A stretch of 30,596 nt of DNA from a virus. Its lineage: Duplodnaviria; Caudoviricetes. The position numbers were made by a program, and so were the translations under genes. The stretch's first letter is position 1. The number at the start of each line of letters is the position of its first letter. This document shows, one piece after another, positions 23,940 through 30,596 of the stretch. The notes beneath the pieces are model-generated. The model searched no databases and was not told the DNA's origin. It saw only the letters and a program-made list of their open reading frames with translations. The stretch is from IMG/VR virus record IMGVR_UViG_3300027659_000139, positions 1-30,596 of that record. One strand, 5' to 3'.

Positions 23940-26900
23940 ATGGCATTAAGTTCACCAGGCGTAGAAGTCAAAGTAATTGACGAATCATTTTATACACCAG
24001 CGGCACCGGGTACAGTACCTTTAATTATTGTAGCTACTGCTGAAAATAAAGCAAACAGCGGAGCTTCCGGAACCGCCCCGGGTACACTTAAAGCTAACGC
24101 TGGAGAAGTTTATCTTCTAACAAGTCAGAGAGATCTTGGTGACACATTTGGTGATCCAATCTTCAAGACAGACGCAAGCAATAATCCAGTTCATGCTGGT
24201 GAGCAAAACGAATACGGTCTACAGGCTGCGTACAGTTTACTAGGTGTTAGCAATCGTGCATTTGTTGTACGTGCTGATCTAGACCTAGCGCAATTAGATG
24301 CCAGTGCTACAGAACCAGATGCAAATCCTGCAAATGGTACACACTGGTTAGATACTGTTAATTCAAAGTTTGGTATTTTTGAATGGAATGGTGCTTCTAT
24401 TGCAACCACAGGCGGCCAGAAATTTACAAATAAAATTCCTCGCGTTATCACTGACCCAACTAAAGTTGACGGTTCAGGCGCACCTTTAGCATCAGTTGGT
24501 GCAATCGGAGACTATGCCATTGTTATGGTTGAGGACGCAGCCGCTGATAATCCAGCACTGACAACACTACACCCTGGTACAATTTGGTACAGAAGTCGTG
24601 GTATTGCTATTGGCCAAACTGCCGGACAATGGGTAGAAGTAGGTACTGATGAGTGGTTTAAATCATGGCCAGCAATTACTAGTAAAGTAGTTACAGTTCA
24701 ACCTACGGATGGTGATACATTTACTATTAATGCAACTACAGTTACAGCAGGCACAACACTAACTAGTGTTAGAGACAATATTAACCTAGTAATGGATGGC
24801 ACTGGTATTAGTGCAGCCGTAGTTAATGGAAAACTAGAAATTTACAGTGACGGCCAATTAGATGGCGCTGCCGCTGACACTGATATTAGTAATGCTATTG
24901 TTATTGCTAATGGAAGTGGTACATTAATTGGTGCTAGTGGTGTGTTAGGCATCACTGCAGGCACATACTATGCTCCAAGATTACAGATCAAGCCGCATAC
25001 TCAAGTACCGCAGTACAAGAGTTCAGCTGGCAAGGCTCGCCCAACAGGGTCAGTTTGGATCAAGACTACTGAACCTAATCTAGGTGCTCAACTAAGTGTC
25101 AAGCGTTGGAATGAAACTACAACAGCTTGGGAAGCAGTTACTGCTCCAGTATACGCTGCTGGGCACGAGGCAATTTACGGATTAGATGCCGCAGGCGGTG
25201 GCGCAAATCTAGCATCAGGCCAAGTGTATGCTCAGGCAAATATGACAGAGCAAGATGGCAGTGATGGCACACCTCGTATTGCAGACGTTAAGTTATGGAT
25301 TCGTGGAGCAACCGGTGCAACAGTTATTCAATCAGCTAAGATTGGCGCAACTGGTATTTCAGGTGCTACTTTACGCACATTCACACTAGCAGAAAGTCTA
25401 GTAGGAGAAACTACGCTAGCCGCAGCCAAGACAATTTCATGGACTCCTGCTCAAACAGCAGCAGACGCAGATTTGTTAGCTACTGCTATTAACTCAGCAG
25501 GATTTACTAACATTGAAGCAGAAGTTGATGCACAAAATCGTGTGTTGATCAAACACAGACTAGGCGGAGAGTTCCGCATGGCAGAAGGTACGGGCACTCC
25601 ATTAGTAGATTACGGCTTTGCAGCTAGAAACTACGAACCAAGTTCTGGTACATTTGGCCAAGGCACTGCATTCTTAACATTAGCACCATCAGGTGATGCA
25701 CTATATGATTTTATTGCCAGCAACTGGGTACCGCTAGTTTATGTAGCTAGTGCAGACGCTCCTAGCAGAATTCCTGCAGATGGTACACTATGGTATAGCT
25801 CAGTAATTGATGAAGTTGACATTATGGCTCACAATGGAACTACATGGGTAGGTTATCAAACTTTATTCCCAACTACTGACCCAGAAGGTCCACAAGTTGC
25901 TGCTACTGCTCCAGAAACACAAAGCGATGGTACAGTATTAGTTACAGGTGATTTATGGATTAGCACAGCTGACATGGAGAACTTCCCACAAATTTACAAA
26001 TATAATGCAGATTTGGAAGAAATTTATCCTGTAACAAAATGCTGGGTACTAGTTGATAAAACTGACCAAAGTTCAGAAGATGGCGTATTGTTTGCTGATG
26101 CACGTTATAATACCAGCGGTGTAAACAGTTACGAAGCTGGAACAATTACAGCACTATTAACTAGTAATTATTTAGATCCAGATGCTCCAGATCCAGCACT
26201 ATATCCTGAAGGTATGTTGTTATGGAACCTACGTCGCAGCGGTTACAATGTAAAAGCATTTGCACGTGACTCTATTGATCTTGCTGGTACAAATCCAAGA
26301 GCTAATGATGCATCAATGGCATTGTACTACGAACACCGTTGGGTTACTGTTTCAAATAACCAAGCAGACGGTTCAGGTAGTTTTGGACGCAAAGCACAAC
26401 GTGCAGTAGTGGTTAAAGCTCTACAAGCAACTGTTAACAGCAACCAAGGCATTAGAGATGAAGATTCAAGAATCTTTAACTTACTTGCTTGCCCAGGTTA
26501 TCCTGAGTTAACTGGTGAATTAATCAGCTTGAACTACGATCGTGGCTTAACAGCGTTTGTTGTAGCAGATACACCAGCACGTTTAACACCAGATGCAACT
26601 AGTTTGCTAGCATGGGGTAACAACGAAAATGGTGCGTTAGAAGACAACGACATTGGCGCAGCCAGCTTCGATGAATACATGGGTATGTTCTATCCATGGG
26701 GCTTCTCAAGTGACAACTTTGGTAACAATGTTGCTGTTCCTCCAAGCCACATGATCTTAAGAACTATTGCTCTAAATGACCAAGTTGCTTATCCATGGTT
26801 TGCACCAGCTGGTGTACGTCGTGGTGGTATTACTAATGCAACAGCAGTTGGTTATATTACTAGCGAAGGTGAGTTTAAATCAGTTGCACTAAACAACGGC

Positions 26901-27326
26901 CAACGTGATACACTATACGAAACAAAAGTTAATCCTATTACGTTCTTCACAGGAACAGGATTGGTTAACTACGGTCAAAAGACACGTGCTCGTGCAGCCA
27001 GTGCATTAGATCGTATTAACGTGGCTCGTTTAGTAATTTACTTACGTAGACAACTAAGCATACTAGCTAAACCATATATCTTTGAACCTAATGACAAGAT
27101 CACTAGAGACGAAGTAAAAGGTGCAGTAGAAGCGTTACTATTAGAACTAGTAGGACAACGTGCTCTATATGACTATTTGGTAGTGTGTGACGAAAGTAAC
27201 AATACTCCAAGCAGAATCGATAGAAACGAGCTATGGATTGATATTGCTATTGAACCAGTTAAAGCAGTTGAGTTTATTTACATTCCACTACGCTTGAAAA
27301 ACACTGGCGAGATCGCAGGTCTATAA
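23940..27326 (+). CDS. contractile tail sheath protein (T4 gp18-like), enlarged
   Basis: MALSSPGVEVKVIDES N-terminus; YPWFAPAGVRRG, KVNPITFF, GQKT, ALDRINVARL, FEPND, VVCDESNNTP, IEPVKAVEFIYI C-terminus. Confidence 0.95.
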   Translation: MALSSPGVEVKVIDESFYTPAAPGTVPLIIVATAENKANSGASGTAPGTLKANAGEVYLLTSQRDLGDTFGDPIFKTDASNNPVHAGEQNEYGLQAAYSLLGVSNRAFVVRADLDLAQLDASATEPDANPANGTHWLDTVNSKFGIFEWNGASIATTGGQKFTNKIPRVITDPTKVDGSGAPLASVGAIGDYAIVMVEDAAADNPALTTLHPGTIWYRSRGIAIGQTAGQWVEVGTDEWFKSWPAITSKVVTVQPTDGDTFTINATTVTAGTTLTSVRDNINLVMDGTGISAAVVNGKLEIYSDGQLDGAAADTDISNAIVIANGSGTLIGASGVLGITAGTYYAPRLQIKPHTQVPQYKSSAGKARPTGSVWIKTTEPNLGAQLSVKRWNETTTAWEAVTAPVYAAGHEAIYGLDAAGGGANLASGQVYAQANMTEQDGSDGTPRIADVKLWIRGATGATVIQSAKIGATGISGATLRTFTLAESLVGETTLAAAKTISWTPAQTAADADLLATAINSAGFTNIEAEVDAQNRVLIKHRLGGEFRMAEGTGTPLVDYGFAARNYEPSSGTFGQGTAFLTLAPSGDALYDFIASNWVPLVYVASADAPSRIPADGTLWYSSVIDEVDIMAHNGTTWVGYQTLFPTTDPEGPQVAATAPETQSDGTVLVTGDLWISTADMENFPQIYKYNADLEEIYPVTKCWVLVDKTDQSSEDGVLFADARYNTSGVNSYEAGTITALLTSNYLDPDAPDPALYPEGMLLWNLRRSGYNVKAFARDSIDLAGTNPRANDASMALYYEHRWVTVSNNQADGSGSFGRKAQRAVVVKALQATVNSNQGIRDEDSRIFNLLACPGYPELTGELISLNYDRGLTAFVVADTPARLTPDATSLLAWGNNENGALEDNDIGAASFDEYMGMFYPWGFSSDNFGNNVAVPPSHMILRTIALNDQVAYPWFAPAGVRRGGITNATAVGYITSEGEFKSVALNNGQRDTLYETKVNPITFFTGTGLVNYGQKTRARAASALDRINVARLVIYLRRQLSILAKPYIFEPNDKITRDEVKGAVEALLLELVGQRALYDYLVVCDESNNTPSRIDRNELWIDIAIEPVKAVEFIYIPLRLKNTGEIAGL

Positions 27327-27343
27327 TTTAAAGGAAGAATAAC

Positions 27344-27976
27344 ATGGCAATCGCAACATTAACAAGATTTACAGTACCCCTAGCTAGCGATCAAAGTGCT
27401 AGCTCACAGGGCATGTTAATGCCAAAACTAAGATATCGCTTTAGAGTGATGTTTGAAAATTTTGGCGTTTCAACACCAACTACAGAACTTACCAAGCAAG
27501 TCATGACTGCTGCTAAGCCAAACGTAGCATTTGCACCGCAAAAAATTGAGATCTACAACAGTACAATCAACTATGCAGGCAAGCACACTTGGCAACCAAT
27601 GGCAATCAGCTTGCGTGATGACGTTACTGGTAACGTCAGCAAGTTAGTTGGCGAGCAGATGCAAAAGCAGTTTGACTTCTTTGAGCAAGCAAGTGCAGCT
27701 TCGGCTATTGACTATAAATTCAATCTACGTATTGAAGTTCTAGACGGTGGCAATGGTGCAAGCACTCCTAATGTTCTTGAGACATGGGAATGTTATGGAT
27801 GCTATATTGTATCCGCTAACTATCAGTCTATGAGCTATGCAGAACAGACTCCTATGCAGATTGACCTGTCAATTCAGCCAGACAACTGCCTACAGATTCC
27901 AGACGGTGCTGGTATTGGTGCTCCTGTTACACGTACAACAGGTACAGCAGCTACAGGCCCAGGCGGCGGTATCTAA
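27344..27976 (+). CDS. tail tube protein (T4 gp19-like)
   Basis: Directly after sheath; PKLRYRFRV, YAGKHTWQPMAISLRDD, ETWECYGC. Confidence 0.85.
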   Translation: MAIATLTRFTVPLASDQSASSQGMLMPKLRYRFRVMFENFGVSTPTTELTKQVMTAAKPNVAFAPQKIEIYNSTINYAGKHTWQPMAISLRDDVTGNVSKLVGEQMQKQFDFFEQASAASAIDYKFNLRIEVLDGGNGASTPNVLETWECYGCYIVSANYQSMSYAEQTPMQIDLSIQPDNCLQIPDGAGIGAPVTRTTGTAATGPGGGI

Positions 27977-27983
27977 AACTAAG

Positions 27984-28007
27984 AAAAAGCAGCTCCGGCT
28001 GCTTTTT
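27984..28007. terminator. intrinsic terminator, potentially bidirectional
   Basis: AAAAAGCAGC-TCCG-GCTGCTTTTT; C(UCCG)G UNCG tetraloop and T7 tract after tail tube stop. Confidence 0.9.
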
Positions 28008-28046
28008 TTATAACTTATCATTATCTACCCAGTTTATCTGTATAGA

Positions 28047-28052
28047 TAAATA
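28047..28052 (+). promoter_or_regulatory. putative late promoter (TAAATA), 4 nt before ATG
   Basis: ATAAATA-TTGT-ATG(28057); overlaps inverted repeat TTTATCT-GTAT-AGATAAA (28033-28050). Confidence 0.55.
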
Positions 28053-28056
28053 TTGT

Positions 28057-29127
28057 ATGACTAGTAAATCCAGCGGACAATTTAATAACATAGGTGGCAA
28101 AGGCCTTGGCGACTATAAGCATGCCGCCAGGGTATTTGTCGACGGCGACTTTGCTCTAGCTCCTCGCCTAAAGTTCCAATACCACGTTCAGTTTAGCGGC
28201 AAAGGCTGCGGTGCTGATCTTAATGTGCTAGTCAAAAGTGTAGACTTGCCTAAGTTTCAAGTAACCAACGAAACAGTAAATCAATATAATAGAAAACGTG
28301 TCATACAAAGCACAATGACATACTTGCCAATAACTATTAAAATGCATGATGATAATTCTAACACTGTTAGAAAACTGTGGGAAAGTTATTACAAATATTA
28401 TTTTAGTGATACTAAGGCTGCTAAAAACGGACTATATAAAAAATCACCTTGGGCACCAATGTCTTTCTATGGTTTAGAAAATGAACCAGTTAAACCTTTT
28501 TTAGATTTTATCAAAGTACATACATTTGCTAAAAGACAGTGGGTAGGGTATAAACTAATTAATCCTATAATTATCAGCTGGTCTCATGATACAATGAGCT
28601 ATTCTCAAAGCGAGGGTGCAGAACATACTATGACCATTGCATACGAAGCAGTAGTGTACGACAGCGGTAGTGCTGCCGCAGGCACACCATCTGGATTCGG
28701 TCAAGGTAGATACGACCAAACTCCTAGTCCGTTAACGTTAGGTGGCCGAACTAGTATATCAGCAGTAGATGGTACTAGTGGTGTTATTACAGGTGCAGAA
28801 CAAATTTTTGGTAGCAATCTAAAAGACATAATAGCAGATGCAACTGCAATAAACGCATCAGCTAGCGCAACAGCACAGACTAATTTATATAATAACACAC
28901 AGATGTTGACAAATGCTGGAAAAACAACGCCAAATGGTAACACAACAATTTCAGCACTACAGCTAACCTTAGTAAATGTCACTACAGGTAATACCTCAGT
29001 TACTGCTGGAAGATTGCAAGCAGTACAAGTGTCAAATAATGGATCATTAAAAGGTATTGATATAAAAGTTGCTGAAATCAGTAGTAATAAAACTAATGGT
29101 ATATTAAAAAGTATAACTGGCAAATAA
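28057..29127 (+). CDS. tail-tube-fold baseplate/tube initiator protein (gp48/gp54-like)
   Basis: PRLKFQYHV, VKSVDLPKF, NQYNRKR, YLPITIKMHDD, LINPIIISWSHD, MTIAYE parallel the tube protein; low-complexity Thr/Ala/Asn C-terminus. Confidence 0.65.
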   Translation: MTSKSSGQFNNIGGKGLGDYKHAARVFVDGDFALAPRLKFQYHVQFSGKGCGADLNVLVKSVDLPKFQVTNETVNQYNRKRVIQSTMTYLPITIKMHDDNSNTVRKLWESYYKYYFSDTKAAKNGLYKKSPWAPMSFYGLENEPVKPFLDFIKVHTFAKRQWVGYKLINPIIISWSHDTMSYSQSEGAEHTMTIAYEAVVYDSGSAAAGTPSGFGQGRYDQTPSPLTLGGRTSISAVDGTSGVITGAEQIFGSNLKDIIADATAINASASATAQTNLYNNTQMLTNAGKTTPNGNTTISALQLTLVNVTTGNTSVTAGRLQAVQVSNNGSLKGIDIKVAEISSNKTNGILKSITGK

Positions 29128-29128
29128 T

Positions 29129-29500
29129 ATGTTAGACAAAAATTCTAATCTTCCCTCTGATAACAAAAACACTGACGAAGTAAGAAATTTCTTTGATAAG
29201 TTCTTCTTACATCAAATAACATTTCCCACTAATCAAATTGATGCGGTTGTTGGATTCTTTTCAAAGCGTGGGTTTGATGACAGTGCGGCCCGTAGTACTG
29301 CAATTGTATTGTTAAATCAAGCTAGATTAGAAAATGTAAATCCTTTTAAACTGTTAGATACTATTAAAGGTCTAACTGATGCACAACTAAGTCAAGTAGT
29401 CACAGAAGTATTAAACGTCTACAGAGATCGCAGTTCAGCACTGGGATTTAAATTGACCACAGTAGAAGAAACTACTGAAAGCAGAAACATTAGGCAATGA
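29129..29500 (+). CDS. hypothetical protein
   Basis: 123 aa, tightly packed between flanking genes; ATGA overlap downstream. Confidence 0.65.
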   Translation: MLDKNSNLPSDNKNTDEVRNFFDKFFLHQITFPTNQIDAVVGFFSKRGFDDSAARSTAIVLLNQARLENVNPFKLLDTIKGLTDAQLSQVVTEVLNVYRDRSSALGFKLTTVEETTESRNIRQ

Positions 29501-29934
29501 GTCGTTTTGCACAGGGAAAATACACAGTAGTCAACCCAGACAAATATGTAGGAAATAGACCCCCAACATATCGTAGCTCATGGGAATGGCAATTCATGCG
29601 ATTCTGTGACACTGATACTCGTATACTAAAATGGGCCAGTGAAGCTGTTAAAATTCCCTATAAAGATCCCTTTACCGGACGTGGCACAGTGTATGTACCT
29701 GACTTTTTTATACAATATGCAGATGCTAAAGGGCAAATGCAAGTTGAACTAATTGAAGTTAAACCACAAAATCAAACACTGCAAGAAAAGGTTGGTAAAA
29801 ATCGCAACAACCAACTACAGTACGCAAAGAATCAAATAAAATGGCGAGCAGCATACGAATGGTGTGCTAGACAAGGTATCAAGTTTAGAATACTTACTGA
29901 ACAAGAGTTATTCCACCGTGGCGGAAAACGATAA
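29497..29934 (+). CDS. head completion nuclease (T4 gp4-like, TnsA-like PD-(D/E)XK)
   Basis: NPDKYVG, YRSSWE, KWASE, IPY, YVPDF, IEVKP, KWRAA, FRILTE. Confidence 0.85.
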   Translation: MSRFAQGKYTVVNPDKYVGNRPPTYRSSWEWQFMRFCDTDTRILKWASEAVKIPYKDPFTGRGTVYVPDFFIQYADAKGQMQVELIEVKPQNQTLQEKVGKNRNNQLQYAKNQIKWRAAYEWCARQGIKFRILTEQELFHRGGKR

Positions 29935-29937
29935 GTA
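29932..29937 (+). promoter_or_regulatory. variant late promoter (TAAGTA), 5 nt before ATG
   Basis: ATAAGTA-TTATT-ATG(29943); one mismatch to TAAATA, same spacing as other leaderless-like sites. Confidence 0.35.
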
Positions 29938-29942
29938 TTATT

Positions 29943-30422
29943 ATGAAAAAACTTGAAGAAATCTTAAATTTGCCTGAAAGCAAAAAGACTATCAAAAAAG
30001 CTGAGAAGGAAATGGCAGCAGAAATTGCACAACCATTTCTACGTGACATGAGTGAGTTTGACAAGATTGCGGCTGCACTACCTGCAGTTAAAGGACTTGG
30101 GGATGCTAGCGATGAAGAATTTGATGCACTAGCACAGCGAGCCACAGATGCTTATGACGACTTAATGGATTTAGGTATGAATGTAGAAGCACGATACAGT
30201 GGACGTATCTTTGAAGTAGCAGGCGGCATGTTGAAGAATGCTATTGATGCTAAAGCAGCTAAAATTGATAAGAAACTTAAGATGATTGAATTACAACTTA
30301 AGAAGCAAAAATTAGATTACGATGCTAATGCAGGAGATCAAGGAGTAGATGTTACTGGCTCTGGAGTTATTGTATCAGATCGCAATAGTTTGTTAGAAAA
30401 ACTAAAAAATATGAATAAATAA
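29943..30422 (+). CDS. possible terminase small subunit (gp16-like)
   Basis: Helical protein with GRIFEVAGGMLKNAIDAK resembling gp16-type RAYEVAGQLIK, coiled coil, and C-terminal VIVSDRNSLLEKLK. Confidence 0.5.
   Translation: MKKLEEILNLPESKKTIKKAEKEMAAEIAQPFLRDMSEFDKIAAALPAVKGLGDASDEEFDALAQRATDAYDDLMDLGMNVEARYSGRIFEVAGGMLKNAIDAKAAKIDKKLKMIELQLKKQKLDYDANAGDQGVDVTGSGVIVSDRNSLLEKLKNMNK
30416..30421 (+). promoter_or_regulatory. putative late promoter (TAAATA)
   Basis: AATAAATA at the end of the preceding gene; AGGA then ATG 30441. Confidence 0.45.
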
Positions 30423-30440
30423 TATATCAGGATTACCTTT

Positions 30441-30596
30441 ATGAAATCGTTTACAGAATACTTAATGGAAAGCAAAGAAGAGAAGAAATACTCTTTTAAA
30501 ATTAAAATCGCCGGTGACCTTCCAGAAAACTGCGAAGATGTCATGGAAACTGCTTTACAAAAATACCAAGTCGCTAAGTTTGCTAAAACTAAGACT
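30441..30596 (+). CDS. hypothetical protein, 3'-truncated (absent from the ORF track)
   Basis: Translated by hand: MKSFTEYLMESKEEKKYSFKIKIAGDLPENCEDVMETALQKYQVAKFAKTKT, open to the window end. Confidence 0.7.
   Translation, partial: MKSFTEYLMESKEEKKYSFKIKIAGDLPENCEDVMETALQKYQVAKFAKTKT

Noticed and set aside
29497-29934. Tn7 TnsA transposase
   Set aside because: Same nuclease fold, but size, motifs and context match T4 gp4 head completion protein; no tnsB/tnsC or transposon ends
1-30596. Stop-codon reassignment (28 complete gene ends: 24 TAA, 4 TGA, 0 TAG)
   Set aside because: Genes are intact and tightly packed under the standard code with no TAG-interrupted frames; TAG scarcity is expected in an AT-rich phage
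1-30596. CRISPR array, tRNA, rRNA, intron or intein
   Set aside because: Intergenic gaps are at most ~110 bp and none shows such structure; no intein splice motifs noticed in the enlarged proteins by eye

Overview
AT-rich, gene-dense segment of a large T4-like (myovirus-type, probably jumbo) phage genome covering virion morphogenesis. From left to right: the 3' part of a large fibre/baseplate protein; two small adaptor-like proteins; a cassette of three paralogous ~250-aa Gly/Cys-rich proteins interleaved with two paralogous tail-fibre-chaperone-like proteins; a coupled three-enzyme operon (GT9-like glycosyltransferase, SGNH-like protein, NodU/CmcH carbamoyltransferase); further structural genes including a 2480-aa modular protein; a minus-strand block (gp14-like, gp15-like, NUDIX) divergent from a gp13-like neck gene; two small possible internal head proteins; dNMP kinase; an HNH/Zn-ribbon protein; an enlarged tail sheath; tail tube; a tube-like baseplate protein; gp4-like head completion nuclease; and a possible small terminase. 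A TAAATA late-promoter motif recurs before many genes, often only 4-7 nt from the ATG. The best candidates for undescribed biology are (1) the Cys-rich adhesin-like/chaperone cassette next to a late glycosylation/carbamoylation operon and (2) three repeats in the giant structural protein that align in register with the bilin-attachment helix of phycocyanin. All family calls come from motif recognition by eye; no database search was run, and the host cannot be determined from this window.
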